In this document: in pieces, positions 1 to 11,115 of the stretch
How the letters are laid out: each line of letters starts with the position of its first letter
Numbering within the stretch: position 1 is the stretch's first letter
Source: Candidatus Poribacteria bacterium
GTDB lineage: Bacteria > Poribacteria > WGA-4E > PCPOR2b
Direction of reading: 5' to 3'
Length of the DNA: 64,000 bases
Assembly: GCA_965215015.1 (NCBI GenBank)
Contig: OZ244042.1
Span: 1,568,001-1,632,000, forward strand
Translations under genes and position numbers: made by a program
The notes under the pieces: generated by a model
Seen by the model: only the letters and a program-made list of their open reading frames with translations
Told to the model about the DNA's origin: nothing
Database searches by the model: none

Positions 1-489
1 CAGCCGTGGGCTCCTATTAAAGATGGTTGGAATGCCGGAGCACCGAGAGATCAGATCGTTCGGGTATGGCTAGATGCCAACGGCAGTGGGATATTCCAAA
101 ATATAAGTATCGCCCAGAACGTTGTGCAACATCGCCAAGACTTAGCGAAGCGGAAAAACAAGCTGAACATCGGGCAGAAGGAATGGCACTGGGTGCATAT
201 TGTCTTTGCAAGTGGAAAGAGCATAACAATCTACCGAGACGGTGTTGAGGTTTCCAACAATCCAACCGAAGTGACGTGGGATCCAGCACACCAAATGCTA
301 CAGCACGGTATATTTACTTCCGCTCACGTTGAACAGCAGCGAACCTGCAACTGTTCCATCGCTATCTACCGAGTCTACGACCGGATACTCAGCCCAGACG
401 AAATTAACAAAAATGTGAGAAACTCCTTGGCGGTTGACCCGGCTGGCAAGCTCGCCGTCACTTGGGGCGAGATGAAGCATGGTTTTTAG
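1..489 (+). CDS. LamG-like jellyroll protein, 5'-truncated by window edge
   Basis: Frame open from base 1; EWHWVHIVF...ITIYRDG and IAIYRVYDRILSPDEI are LamG-type; ends AVDPAGKLAVTWGEMK. Confidence 0.85.
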   Translation, partial: QPWAPIKDGWNAGAPRDQIVRVWLDANGSGIFQNISIAQNVVQHRQDLAKRKNKLNIGQKEWHWVHIVFASGKSITIYRDGVEVSNNPTEVTWDPAHQMLQHGIFTSAHVEQQRTCNCSIAIYRVYDRILSPDEINKNVRNSLAVDPAGKLAVTWGEMKHGF

Positions 490-529
490 TTGGCTCATTG
501 GCTGTAAGTGTTGGGTTTCACTGATACTG

Positions 530-712
530 CGATTGGGATTCAGAGCAACTTGTCTGTAAAAAACTCGGTTTCTGATGCTTCGAGCTAAGCAGCTGGTAGG
601 GAGCGTAGATCTGCGTTCCCTACGCCTGCCAAACGTCCCCTTTTTTATCAAGGTGGCAACCCGGGGGACTATACCTCCGTCGCCCCGTTGGGGCTGTGTA
701 GGTAGTGCTAGG
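530..712. repeat. Cluster of REP-like intergenic palindromes
   Basis: GTAGGGAGCGTAGATCTGCGTTCCCTAC (596-623); AAAAACTCGGTTTCTGA recurs at ~13308. Confidence 0.55.
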
Positions 713-752
713 AAGCTCGATCCACAGGAATAGTGGCAGCTCTTGAGATATG

Positions 753-1739
753 CTATACACTCCCTTTGGGACGTCCGACGAATGATTCTGAAACAGCGTC
801 CAGCTGTTCCCGGATGGAATCATCAAGTGTCCAACCGACGGCACCACTATTATCGTTCAGGTGTTCGATTGTGTCAGCACCGCTGATGGCGACTGTGATT
901 TCGGGATGCGAAAGCACCCAAGCCAAAGCCAATTGTGCAGGCGTTTTTCCCAATTCATCAGCGAGTTGTCTAACGGTAGTTATAACCCGCGCGGAGCCTT
1001 CTTCCATCATGCGTGGAAACTCAGCTCGGTTACGTGTCGCAAAAAGAGTTCCCGACGGCGGTGGACGATCTGGTGAATAGACTCCGCTAAACAGACCGAC
1101 CGCCAACGGACTAAACGCCATCGCACCCAAGCCCATATCCCTCACCAAATTAAACATTTCACCTTCCATTTGACGATTCAGGAGGTTGTATAGATTCTGG
1201 ACGCACATGTACGGCGTTACGTTGTGCTTGTCCGCAATCCAGAGCGATTTGCAAACCTGCCACGCCGCATAGTTGCAACACCCAACGTAAAGTGCCTTAC
1301 CCGCACGAACTATATCGTCCAACGTCCGTATTGTCTCCTCAAGCGGCGTCAATTCATCGAAGCGATGGACCAAATAGATATCAACATGGTCTGTGTCTAA
1401 CCGTTTGAGCGATCGGTCTACTTCACGCATGATGTGATACCTCGATAAGCCTTCATCATTTGGACCTGATCCGGTGGGCGCAGCGACCTTCGTGGTAATC
1501 ACAACATTATCCCGCTTTCCCTTCAATGCCCTGCCTAAAATCACCTCTGAACGTCCCTGATTGGCTCGATCATCCATGGGCCCGTACCAATTGGCACAAT
1601 CAATGAGGTTAATTCCAAGTTCAAAAGCGTGCTCAATCACCCTCTGGGCTTCTGCCTCGTCGGGCTGTCCCCTGAAACCCAAGCCGAAAGCCAGCTTGCT
1701 TACTTGAACACCGGCAGTTCCAAAGTTCACATATTCCAC
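753..1739 (-). CDS. Aldo/keto reductase
   Basis: GINLIDCANWYG, VVITTK, SLKRLDTDHVDIYLVH, QNLYNLL, SPLAVG. Confidence 0.93.
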   Translation of the reverse strand: MEYVNFGTAGVQVSKLAFGLGFRGQPDEAEAQRVIEHAFELGINLIDCANWYGPMDDRANQGRSEVILGRALKGKRDNVVITTKVAAPTGSGPNDEGLSRYHIMREVDRSLKRLDTDHVDIYLVHRFDELTPLEETIRTLDDIVRAGKALYVGCCNYAAWQVCKSLWIADKHNVTPYMCVQNLYNLLNRQMEGEMFNLVRDMGLGAMAFSPLAVGLFSGVYSPDRPPPSGTLFATRNRAEFPRMMEEGSARVITTVRQLADELGKTPAQLALAWVLSHPEITVAISGADTIEHLNDNSGAVGWTLDDSIREQLDAVSESFVGRPKGSV

Positions 1740-1779
1740 AATTCTGTCTCCCTTTGTTGAAATTTTTGCAATCTATATT

Positions 1780-3717
1780 TCAATACCACGTCCCCCCGTT
1801 CAAATAGATCATATATGTCTGCTGCTGTGTCAGGACGCCGTAAATCATCCAAAGCCCCCCGGTGATAAAATCTCCCAAAATCAGACCGAAAAAGAAGGGG
1901 ATGGAGCGTTGATACCCTCTGACCTGACCGACCCGCAAAATAATGGCTTTTACCGTCCAACTGATGAGAAAGGTAAACCAGAAGTAATCGATGGCAAAGC
2001 TAACGGCAAGTGGGTAACCGGCAGGATGAAGGGGCCACCAAAAGAAGCGAGTTCGTAAAACATGAAGAACTACAACAATCGCCATACCAACGCCCATGAA
2101 CGTGGTACGCGGTACGTCGGTCGGCATTGGGTGAAATAGCCAATTTTCTAATCGGGTCCAAGCCGTATTGGCAACCCAAGTCTTAAAGAATGACACCCGC
2201 GCTGCCGCACCGTCTCGGTACATCATGTCTAGGTTTGTCCACATCCCAACGATGAGTGCCACAGCTGCCCCAATCATCATCGCAATTATCAGTCGACGTC
2301 CATTGATGCGAGCAACTTCAGCCATCTTGAGCGGTTCAAACTGATTTGGCATCGCGTGCGAGCGGTAACTCCGATTGAACCACTGATAGAAACTCATTAC
2401 GGTTAAACTGCCCCCACCCCAAGTCAGCGTTCCGAAAGCGGTTACCATCATGTCAGCAGGATGGTTGAAGATACCATGGGGTGCCCCAAACTCCGCTCGT
2501 AAACGGGTGACAGCGATAGCGATAGCGAAATAAAGCCCAAAGAAGACTGGAATGGCTATCACCGACATGCCCGCCTGATGGGAAAAGATAACCAGGAATA
2601 AAAATCCGCCAACCAGTCCGAGCAATGCTGTTCGATAGCGCATCGGTTCATCGGCATCGGCAGATGATTTTTCAGAAAACGCTGTCCGAAAAGCAAAAAT
2701 CAGATGCCTACGTGTTACCCAAATAGCAATGAGGCACATGCAGATCCATGCGCCGGCGGATTGTTCGTAAAAGTATGGGAAACCGGGGAGCGTGTCCAAT
2801 CCAAGGTAGCTACTCAACACACGGCTGAATTGGCGTATTAAAAAAAAGAACCAGCAGGTAAAGGAGAGGTCTAGCGGCAGAAAAAAACCGAGGCCAATCA
2901 TGAACGGATAGAAGGATATCATCGTATTTGACATCGCGTCCCACGGCTTTTCGGTGAGCTGTCTGCCAATAAAGTGTAGTTTGAGATGAAGGTATGGCAC
3001 AGACGGGAAAAGGACGTGTAACCCGTTCATGAGGTCTAAGACGAAAGGGATAGAGAATCCAACCCATAGCAAGCCATTCCGCAAAAAATTCGACGACTGT
3101 GCCATCGCTACCGGGAGCTGGATAATTGGAAATGCGAGCCGTTCCGTGTGCACCCACTGGCGACGAACGAGAGTATTGATACAGTGGAGCATGAATAGCA
3201 AGACCAGCGTGAACACCGTCCAGACTGTCATCGGACGCAGCCATGCTTTGAAGTGTTTCGGCTCATAAAAGGAGGAATCCCCTTCGTAGTATCCGGTCAA
3301 TACGGGATCAGGTGTGCTGACTGTGAACCAGGGCGGGATGTAATGGAAAAAGAGTTCCTTCCACTCATTCTCTTGGGTCGCGAATTGGTAGGGGTGGAGG
3401 CTGAGGGCAAATAGATCCTGCAACATCCCATACGACGCGATGGAGGTTGAAATCACAATCATCGAGTAGATGGTGAGGAGTTCTCCGGTGGAGAATTGAA
3501 TCCGTGGCCACAGTCGCAATATACCGTTGTTGAACACGACCAGCCAAAATAAGATAAAGATCGGATAGATGAATATCGGCAGTGCAGTCGCTTCCGCTCG
3601 GTACTTCATCTCCGTAATTGTCACCCAATAGACATTGAAGGCGACAAGTGCCAATCCGATCAGGATGGCACGTCCTGTGGCCCCTTTAGACCGCTGCTGC
3701 GTTTTAATTTCTTCCAA
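1780..3717 (-). CDS. DUF6785/DUF6784-like polytopic membrane protein (putative transporter)
   Basis: 645 aa, many TM segments; ERLAFPIIQLP, TRLRAEFG, WWPLHPAGY, PFFFGLILGD shared with three paralogues. Confidence 0.8.
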   Translation of the reverse strand: MEEIKTQQRSKGATGRAILIGLALVAFNVYWVTITEMKYRAEATALPIFIYPIFILFWLVVFNNGILRLWPRIQFSTGELLTIYSMIVISTSIASYGMLQDLFALSLHPYQFATQENEWKELFFHYIPPWFTVSTPDPVLTGYYEGDSSFYEPKHFKAWLRPMTVWTVFTLVLLFMLHCINTLVRRQWVHTERLAFPIIQLPVAMAQSSNFLRNGLLWVGFSIPFVLDLMNGLHVLFPSVPYLHLKLHFIGRQLTEKPWDAMSNTMISFYPFMIGLGFFLPLDLSFTCWFFFLIRQFSRVLSSYLGLDTLPGFPYFYEQSAGAWICMCLIAIWVTRRHLIFAFRTAFSEKSSADADEPMRYRTALLGLVGGFLFLVIFSHQAGMSVIAIPVFFGLYFAIAIAVTRLRAEFGAPHGIFNHPADMMVTAFGTLTWGGGSLTVMSFYQWFNRSYRSHAMPNQFEPLKMAEVARINGRRLIIAMMIGAAVALIVGMWTNLDMMYRDGAAARVSFFKTWVANTAWTRLENWLFHPMPTDVPRTTFMGVGMAIVVVLHVLRTRFFWWPLHPAGYPLAVSFAIDYFWFTFLISWTVKAIILRVGQVRGYQRSIPFFFGLILGDFITGGLWMIYGVLTQQQTYMIYLNGGTWY

Positions 3718-3768
3718 TCACAATCTCCATCTTCACGAATAACACGAATGCACTGATTTCAAATGTCC

Positions 3769-4746
3769 TCATGCACTCAAGGCTCTTCCTTCCCTGGCTG
3801 ATTGATAGATTTTCTCCAACAGTGCAACGGTTCGACGCCCTTCCCTGCCATCAACTCTCAGGTCTCCACCTTCCTCAACAGCCTGAACAAAATCTTCGAT
3901 GATACTGTGAATAGGATTCTCAATTTGCTGGAGACGTTCCTCTAACCCTTGACCAAAAACACGTATCGCTCCACCAAGCACGTCGTCAATCAGAATTCCA
4001 CCTTCAGTTCCATGCACTTCCGCGCTGAAATAGACGCTGGTTGGAAAGGTTGTTGTCCCAACAATCACCCCCTTGGCACCACTCTTGAAATTCACGATTG
4101 CAAGCCCGATGTCCTCGGTTTCAATGCGGTGATTCATAATTGCAATCTCACCGTAGACCGATTCAAAATCGCCCATGAACCAAGAAACGAGATCGAGTAA
4201 ATGTGCTCCCTGATTCGCCAGAGAGCCGCCGCCATCCATCGCCCACGTCCCACGCCAACCTCCATTGCGCTCAAAATACTCGTCGGCTCTGAACCACTTG
4301 AAGCGAACTTCGCCTAGAATTGGCATACCTAGCCATCCACGTCGAAGAGCTTCCGCGACACGGTAATTGGTGTCTACATAGCGGCTCTGATAATCAACAG
4401 CTAGCTTGACACCTGCTTCGTCGCAGGCAGCGATGAGGCGATCACAGGCTTCGGTCGAAACGTCCATCGGCTTGGTAGTAATTACATGCTTCCCCGTCTG
4501 TGCCACGCGGATGCCGAGTGCTGCGTGGGTTCCACTTGGCGTCATCACCATCACGCAGTCGATATCGTTCCGCCCCAAGATATCATCCAAATTCGGTGCC
4601 CACTCCGTGTCAAGCTCTTCAGCAATCCGCTTGGCAAGGGTTTCATTCAAATCGACAACACATTTCAGTTCAGCACCTTCGGTGTTTTTAATCATCCGAG
4701 CGCGGCCGCTACCTACGCCTAAACCCACAACTGCGAAATTGACCAT
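3769..4746 (-). CDS. Gfo/Idh/MocA oxidoreductase
   Basis: VVGLGVG, TPSGTHA, HVITTKP, GGGSLANQGAHLLD. Confidence 0.92.
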   Translation of the reverse strand: MVNFAVVGLGVGSGRARMIKNTEGAELKCVVDLNETLAKRIAEELDTEWAPNLDDILGRNDIDCVMVMTPSGTHAALGIRVAQTGKHVITTKPMDVSTEACDRLIAACDEAGVKLAVDYQSRYVDTNYRVAEALRRGWLGMPILGEVRFKWFRADEYFERNGGWRGTWAMDGGGSLANQGAHLLDLVSWFMGDFESVYGEIAIMNHRIETEDIGLAIVNFKSGAKGVIVGTTTFPTSVYFSAEVHGTEGGILIDDVLGGAIRVFGQGLEERLQQIENPIHSIIEDFVQAVEEGGDLRVDGREGRRTVALLEKIYQSAREGRALSA

Positions 4747-4788
4747 ATTGTAATCCTTTTGCGTAACAAGTCGTGCGTCAATACCTTG

Positions 4789-5197
4789 TAGGAGTTACGC
4801 ACTTGAGTTTGTCGTAACCCCATTCAACCCGCATCACGATAGACCATAAATCGCCCGACAGAGTAGTAGGCATTACCCCCCCCTTTCCGCTTGCAGGGCA
4901 CCCCCCTCGCATCCCCCTGCAAGCGTAGGGACGAAGGAGGGGGCACGCGGAGCGTGCTTGCTACTTTGGGATTCACTGTAGCTTCCCGATTCATCGGGCG
5001 TTGCGAGGCATCTTCACCCAATCTATAAGGGTGGTGCAGAGCCTACCCTCGACGAAATCGGGGTTGCCTGAACTGCCAAATGCATCCACATAGGTCTTCT
5101 GTCTGTCAATTTTCCAAAATCGAGACTGTGGACATTTGGGTGTCGAGATATGAATCCCGACCTACAAGGCTTCGATGGGTCAACTGCGTAAGTCCTA
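4789..5197. repeat. MITE-like element family A, copy 1
   Basis: Ends TAGGAGTTACGCACTTGA / TCAACTGCGTAAGTCCTA are imperfect inverted repeats; internal modules shared with the 18639 and 19985 elements. Confidence 0.75.
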
Positions 5198-5389
5198 ACC
5201 TTGATTCGTTGCAAAACCTACAACCCCCATCATCTGATGGAGACTAGCGGCCCCCCTCTGCAAGCCAGATGATTAGGACTGTGATCTTCTCTGCTATTTA
5301 CGCCATAAATGCAAAGTTAAAGTACACAACGATGAGAAGACATATTCTCATAATATATGAAAAGTGTATTGTAGCACCTTCTTCCATCG

Positions 5390-5418
5390 TTGACAAGTGG
5401 AAAAAATAATCTTATAAT
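5390..5418 (+). promoter_or_regulatory. Consensus sigma70 promoter
   Basis: TTGACA-17 nt-TATAAT. Confidence 0.65.
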
Positions 5419-5580
5419 AACGCAAGTTGCTAGATTTGGAAGTAATCTAGCAAATGGGTTGATGACAACCTTGGGATTATTGCAAGTTTCTTGTGTAATC
5501 CAAATGACACTCGGTTAAAAATAACCAACGATAGACGTGATTTTGCTACAAGCCTCTAAAGTGGGATAGACAGTTTTTCA

Positions 5581-5610
5581 TTGAAAGAAACTCGTAAGCT
5601 GTGCTATAAT
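5581..5610 (+). promoter_or_regulatory. sigma70 promoter, extended -10
   Basis: TTGAAA-18 nt-TATAAT with TG, upstream of the CBS gene. Confidence 0.55.
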
Positions 5611-5684
5611 CATTCTAGCTTTGCACACCAAACCTTAATCATATTGCACTATTTTCTTTCATAAAACTATTTTGACTATCTGAA

Positions 5685-6638
5685 ATGAGAGTGAGACACA
5701 AATTGAAGAAAAATCAATCAAAGTCACCGAAAAAAGACACGGAAATCGCCAAAGCACCAACTGATTCGCTTGTTGTGGCATCCAACCCAAAACAACCACT
5801 TCCTGCTCTAGCAAATATAGCTAAACCCGAAGGAGGCTTGTTCGGGAAATGGAAGCGTAGGGGGAATCCCAAAGCAGAACAGATTAGACAGATTGCCCTT
5901 AACAATATCAGTGCTTTGCCAGAAAATGAGGCGCGGATGTTGTCTGGGGTTTTTTCTCTTTCGAGGACAGTTGTACGAGAAATTATGGTTCCCTTGTCGG
6001 AAATCGTAGCAGTTCATATTGCTACACCGATTGAGCAGGCGAAGGCAATGGTGCAGCGTTCCAGCTATCAATATATTCCGGTCTATGAAGAGCGGATAGA
6101 TCGGTTGACAGGCATTGTGAGCATCATGGATTTTTTGTACGCCTCGCCCGAAACGAGCGAACTCAATTCTTTCGTAAGGACTGCATACTACGTTCCAGAA
6201 ACAAAGCTGATAGGTGATTTACTTGAAGAGTTGCGGCTCGCCACAGAGCCCGTAACAATCGTTATCAATGAACATGGGAGCTGTGTTGGATTTGTAGGGT
6301 TGGAAGATCTTCTTGAGCAAATTGTGGGTGAGATCCATCATTCCCGTAAGCGGCAGCCCCTACACGTTGAAGCACTTGGGAACAATTCATGGACATTTGA
6401 TGCACGGACGCCGATTGATATCGTCAACGCAACGTTAGAAACGAATATCCCCAAAGACGACTACGATACGATTGGGGGGTTTATGCTAAAAACCATTGGG
6501 CGGCTACCGGAACAGGGCGAAAAAGTGGCTTATGATGCCATCGAATATATTGTTGATGAAGTTTTTGACTACGGTATTACTGTTATCCACGCCAATCGGA
6601 AGGTGTCGTCGGTTCTCGACGAAAAACGCAGGGACTAG
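5685..6638 (+). CDS. CorC/TlyC-like CBS-domain protein
   Basis: VREIMVP, IPVYEERID, EDLLEQIVGEI, YDTIGGF. Confidence 0.88.
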   Translation: MRVRHKLKKNQSKSPKKDTEIAKAPTDSLVVASNPKQPLPALANIAKPEGGLFGKWKRRGNPKAEQIRQIALNNISALPENEARMLSGVFSLSRTVVREIMVPLSEIVAVHIATPIEQAKAMVQRSSYQYIPVYEERIDRLTGIVSIMDFLYASPETSELNSFVRTAYYVPETKLIGDLLEELRLATEPVTIVINEHGSCVGFVGLEDLLEQIVGEIHHSRKRQPLHVEALGNNSWTFDARTPIDIVNATLETNIPKDDYDTIGGFMLKTIGRLPEQGEKVAYDAIEYIVDEVFDYGITVIHANRKVSSVLDEKRRD

Positions 6639-6807
6639 GCGGTTGGCACTGGTAAATTAGCGAGCTCGTGGGGACGAAGTTATTCGTTCCGTTTTGGTGC
6701 CATTGAAATCGTCACGACACCTCCACCTCCGTTTCATACCTCACATATGACGCAGTCCTCAGGACGCACCATATATTGATTAACAGAACACTCCTCTCCG
6801 ACAACAC

Positions 6808-7974
6808 ATGCCCAAAGAGCACTGGCTGGAATCCGAATTAGACCAGCTCAATCAAGCCGGGCTCCGGCGATCATTACGTTCCGTCACCACAGCACCAACA
6901 GGGCGCATCTTACTTGATGGACGGGCGGTCATTCTACTTGGATCGAACAACTATCTCGGTTTGAGTGTCCATCCAATGGTGACTGAAGCTGCAGCAACAG
7001 CAGCGCGGGAATACGGGACGGGCGCAAGTGCTTCCCGTCTCATGTCAGGCAATTGCAATCTTTACGCTGAGCTTGAAACAAAGATTGCTAAAGCGAAGGG
7101 AACGGACGCCGCCCTCGTTTTCGGTTCAGGGTATTTGGCGAATATTGGCACAATCCCTGTGCTGGCAGGTGATGACGATCTCATTCTTAGTGATGCCCTC
7201 AATCACGCAAGCATTATTGATGGCTGCCGCCTCAGTCATGCGACAAAACAGATTTATCGGCATTGCGATGTCGAGCATCTAGAGTCACTACTAGCTCAAT
7301 CGACGAAATTCAGACGCAGGCTCATTGTGACCGATGGGGTGTTCAGCATGGATGGTGATATTGCACCACTTCCTGAAATCTGTGCACTGGCAGAGCAACA
7401 CGATGCAATGGTGATGGTTGATGACGCACACAGCTTTGGGGTGTTAGGAGAAAGAGGTGGGGGGACACTTGAACATTTCGGATTGGAGAATCGTGGAGTG
7501 ATTCAGATGGGAACGTTGAGCAAAGCAGTTGGCGGCCTAGGCGGATATGTCGCTGGTAGTGCTGTCTTGATCGATTTCCTAATAAACCGAGCGCGGAGTC
7601 TCATCTTTACAACAGGACTTCCACCCGCAACGTTAGCTGGTGCTGCGGCAGCAATTGATGTAATCCGTTCTACCCCTGAATTATGCCAACGGCTATCATC
7701 GAATGTTCTTCTGCTCAAACACGCTTTGTTGGAAAGTGGATTCCAGCTCCTACCGAGTGAAACCCAAATTCTTCCGCTGCTCCTCGGCTCTGCAGAGGTC
7801 GCATCACGTTTCGCTGAAGTTCTGCTTTCGCACGGTGTATACGCACCTGCTATCCGGCCGCCCACGGTGCCGGAGGGGACGAGTCGGTTACGGATTTCTG
7901 TGATAGCATCTCACACGACTGAAGACTTAGAGACAGCACTTGAGGGGTTTGTGGCAGCGCGAGCTGCCATGTAG
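6808..7974 (+). CDS. bioF: 8-amino-7-oxononanoate synthase
   Basis: SNNYLGL, SDALNHASIIDG, DGVFSMDGD, DDAH, GTLSK, AIRPPTVP. Confidence 0.9.
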   Translation: MPKEHWLESELDQLNQAGLRRSLRSVTTAPTGRILLDGRAVILLGSNNYLGLSVHPMVTEAAATAAREYGTGASASRLMSGNCNLYAELETKIAKAKGTDAALVFGSGYLANIGTIPVLAGDDDLILSDALNHASIIDGCRLSHATKQIYRHCDVEHLESLLAQSTKFRRRLIVTDGVFSMDGDIAPLPEICALAEQHDAMVMVDDAHSFGVLGERGGGTLEHFGLENRGVIQMGTLSKAVGGLGGYVAGSAVLIDFLINRARSLIFTTGLPPATLAGAAAAIDVIRSTPELCQRLSSNVLLLKHALLESGFQLLPSETQILPLLLGSAEVASRFAEVLLSHGVYAPAIRPPTVPEGTSRLRISVIASHTTEDLETALEGFVAARAAM

Positions 7975-8067
7975 ATCGATAGCAGCACCCACTCCAAGCA
8001 GCATGATTAGCTGAACCGTTGATATGAGTAAGTAGAAACCACTATAAAGACATAGCGGCGATGTCCT

Positions 8068-8808
8068 TTAAAATCCACGCGATAGTTCAATCTGATTGAA
8101 TGACATAATCTCCGGATGACCGTGCCCAGCAGAGACTTCTGCATTGCCGGGGCGTTTGCACAAACAAGTTTGCAGCCCGGCGGCGCGGGCTGCCTCTAAC
8201 TCAGCGGGTACATCACTCAAAAAAAGAATCTGCGGCGGCGGCAGACCAAAGCCTAGGGCAATTGCCCGGTAACTCGCTGTTTCTTTTTTTGATCCGGTAG
8301 TCGTATCGTAATGGTCTTGAAATAGGTGCAGCATGTTTCCAGCCACGGTATGCCTAAAAAACAACTTCTGCGCTGCAATGCTCCCGGAGGAAAAAATTCG
8401 GACATTACATCCGGCGTTGCTCCACGCTTGTATTGCAGGCAGGACATCGTCGTAGACGTGCGCCCGCATTTCGCCACTTTCAAAACCGGATTGCCAAATT
8501 AGGCCCTGAAGTGCTTTCAACCCCGTCGCTTTGACATCGCGGTCCATCAACCGAAGGACCTCTGCCCGGAGCAGTTGCTGCTGTTTACCTACTTCAATCT
8601 CGTTACCACACCACGTAACGAAAGATTCATAACCTACGTCTTTAGCAATCAGATCACACACCTCGTTCAATGCCGCCGATCCCCAATTCGTGCACAAGTA
8701 TTTATCTAATTCACGGCGCACGAAAGGGAACATCACATCGTAGACAAAGCGGACCGATGAGGTCGTGCCTTCGATATCGAGCAGGATTCCAGATCCGGAA
8801 AATTTCAT
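8068..8808 (-). CDS. mtnC: Enolase-phosphatase E1 (acireductone synthase)
   Basis: LLDIEGTTS, DVKATGLKALQGLIW, SSGSIAAQKL, LFLSD. Confidence 0.95.
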   Translation of the reverse strand: MKFSGSGILLDIEGTTSSVRFVYDVMFPFVRRELDKYLCTNWGSAALNEVCDLIAKDVGYESFVTWCGNEIEVGKQQQLLRAEVLRLMDRDVKATGLKALQGLIWQSGFESGEMRAHVYDDVLPAIQAWSNAGCNVRIFSSGSIAAQKLFFRHTVAGNMLHLFQDHYDTTTGSKKETASYRAIALGFGLPPPQILFLSDVPAELEAARAAGLQTCLCKRPGNAEVSAGHGHPEIMSFNQIELSRGF

Positions 8809-9389
8809 CAGACTTGCACCACGGGCTCAATGTCGCTGGTAGAAGACAGGTAGGCCGGTCCCATGCAGACAGGTGTATAATTCTCATGGACGGGATTGTC
8901 AACATAGTGCGGTGTCCAACCCGACATGTCCTCAAACAAGCGGATGCAGCGGATGGTGCGGTCTTCGCACAGGTCAAACCAGTGCTGAGTCCCGGTTGGT
9001 ACGCTGATTAGGTCGCCGCTCTCCACCTGGATTGCAAATACAGGTGCATTATCTGGATGAATGTGAAAGAGGCCGCTGCCTTTGATAGTGAAGCGAACTT
9101 CATCCTCGCTGTGTGTGTGTTCTTTGTTGAACTTTGCCAACATGGCAGCCAAACCGGGCGTCTCTGGCGTGACATTAATTACATCCGCCGTCACAAACCC
9201 ACCCTGTTCCTTGAGGTGCTCGATTTCCGGGGCATAAGCGTCCAGAATTTCTTCGTTTGTCGCTTCGGGACTGATGCGCCTCTCTACCTCCCACTTTTCA
9301 TACGAGATGCCGAATGGCTTCAGAAATTCGATAATCTCTTGGTGATCGGTGATTTCTCGGTTTTCGTCTTGCACTCGAATACGAGCCAT
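8808..9389 (-). CDS. mtnD: Acireductone dioxygenase
   Basis: [19 protein letters not shown]; ATG 9389 follows GGAGGAG. Confidence 0.95.
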   Translation of the reverse strand: MARIRVQDENREITDHQEIIEFLKPFGISYEKWEVERRISPEATNEEILDAYAPEIEHLKEQGGFVTADVINVTPETPGLAAMLAKFNKEHTHSEDEVRFTIKGSGLFHIHPDNAPVFAIQVESGDLISVPTGTQHWFDLCEDRTIRCIRLFEDMSGWTPHYVDNPVHENYTPVCMGPAYLSSTSDIEPVVQV

Positions 9390-9409
9390 GATGCTCCTCC
9401 TTACCTGAG

Positions 9410-10087
9410 TTAAAGGTTGCTTGCTGAAACCCGCATCGCCCCGGCAAGTGTTAAATGCCGAGCGATGCATTCAAATAGAAACTCAAAAATTTCGATGTGT
9501 CGTTTCGCTTCGTCCAGATCGCATCCCCATGTATATAGACCGTGTCGCCGAATTAAAAATCCGTGCTGAATAGGAGGATCGGAATGCTCTAAGCATTGGC
9601 GAACCTGTTCGGCTAGCGCGGGGATATCTTGTGTATTATCAAAGACCGGCACCCACTCAGAATGCTCATGGGTCATTACGCCGGCAAGTCCTTTGAGCAT
9701 TTCATAACCTTCAATTCCAAAACCGTTGTCCAAAAAATAAAAATCTGAAAGCAGTGTCCCCCAGATGGAGTGTGTGTGCATCACCGCCCGGACATCAGGT
9801 TGTTCAGCAATAGCGATATGTAGTAGCGTCTCCGCAGATGCTTTCGGCTGATCAGCGACGATGGGGAGACCGTCGCCACCCACGCGCACAAAATCGTGTC
9901 GTGATAGGTTGCCTTTATCTTTTCCGCTTGCGGTAATTAGCAACTCCAGTGGCTCATGATAAATCACCACACTGTAATTACTACTGGTACCGAGCGACCA
10001 GCCACGAGTGTGAAACTGGTTGCCAACCTCGCGTAGCGCGTCTATCTCTTTTTCAAAACCCTTAAGAGGTGTCCCGGATAGATTCAA
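9410..10087 (-). CDS. mtnB: Methylthioribulose-1-phosphate dehydratase
   Basis: [38 protein letters not shown]. Confidence 0.95.
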   Translation of the reverse strand: MNLSGTPLKGFEKEIDALREVGNQFHTRGWSLGTSSNYSVVIYHEPLELLITASGKDKGNLSRHDFVRVGGDGLPIVADQPKASAETLLHIAIAEQPDVRAVMHTHSIWGTLLSDFYFLDNGFGIEGYEMLKGLAGVMTHEHSEWVPVFDNTQDIPALAEQVRQCLEHSDPPIQHGFLIRRHGLYTWGCDLDEAKRHIEIFEFLFECIARHLTLAGAMRVSASNL

Positions 10088-10154
10088 GGCGTTCTCCCTA
10101 TGGCCTACGGTTACAAGATGTAATGCAGTGTTTTGGGCATTCTCTGTTTTTTCT

Positions 10155-10182
10155 TTGACAAAAAAACAGGATTGGGTAAAAT
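10155..10182 (+). promoter_or_regulatory. Putative sigma70 promoter
   Basis: TTGACA-16 nt-TAAAAT. Confidence 0.45.
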
Positions 10183-10305
10183 ATTGTAACGCATTTCGCG
10201 AAAGACATCAACCGAAAGCAGCACCCGGAGAATGTGGGCAGGCGCGAAATCAAAGCATTTCTAATTACCGAATTCATCATACAACCCTGAGTAGGAGATA
10301 ACATA

Positions 10306-11115
10306 ATGGACTTAACGCGACAGGACATCCACCACTTTCAGGAACAAGGGTATCTCGCCATTCCCGAATTTTTCTCTTCACGCGAGGTGAAAGCGATGCA
10401 GGTTGAGCTCGACCGCCTGTTTCGAGACGGCTTGTTGCGTAACGTCGCAACCGATGGGGACGGAAAAACACACTCAACCACACAGTTCAATTTCCAGATC
10501 TGCCCGATTTACCACAAGAGTCACTTCTTCAGGGCAATGCCGTTTGATCCTAAAATTATCAAAGCGGTAACACAACTCATCGGGGACCGGATTATCGAGC
10601 ATCTGGATCAGATTTTTTTGAAACCTCCCCATACTGGTTTACCTACCAATTGGCATCAAGACAACGCCTACTTTAGAATTAGCGATCCTTTGCGTGGCAC
10701 GGCAATGTGGACAGCTCTCCACGATGCGACGATTGCCAATGGGACGCTTCGCGTTATTCCCGGTTCTCATCGGGAACAGTATGAACACTCCCGCGACCCC
10801 CACAGCGATCATCACATCCGATGTTACCCTCCAGAGGAGCGCGCCGTATCCCTTGAGTTGCCCGCGGGAGGCGTCGCATTTTTCTGCTATGGCACCGCTC
10901 ATGCAACCGGTCACAACAATACCGCCAAACCGCGTGCCGGCTTGGCGATTCATTTCCTGCATACCGATTATGCTGAACCGCAGCTAGTGGAGGAAAATCG
11001 GACGACCCGTCCCTACTTGACAGGCATAGAAACAACCGGCGGTATCAAAGAGTATGGTGTCAAGGTTGAAGGAACCTGGGAGCAAGAAGTGGCCCGTGTG
11101 CTCGCCTCTGATTGA
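10306..11115 (+). CDS. Phytanoyl-CoA dioxygenase (PhyH) family protein
   Basis: FQEQGYL, KPP, WHQD, NGTLRVIPGSH, HATGHN...R. Confidence 0.92.
   Translation: MDLTRQDIHHFQEQGYLAIPEFFSSREVKAMQVELDRLFRDGLLRNVATDGDGKTHSTTQFNFQICPIYHKSHFFRAMPFDPKIIKAVTQLIGDRIIEHLDQIFLKPPHTGLPTNWHQDNAYFRISDPLRGTAMWTALHDATIANGTLRVIPGSHREQYEHSRDPHSDHHIRCYPPEERAVSLELPAGGVAFFCYGTAHATGHNNTAKPRAGLAIHFLHTDYAEPQLVEENRTTRPYLTGIETTGGIKEYGVKVEGTWEQEVARVLASD

Noticed and set aside
10088-10300. SAM riboswitch upstream of mtnBDC
   Set aside because: No SAM-I or SAM-II consensus recognisable by eye.
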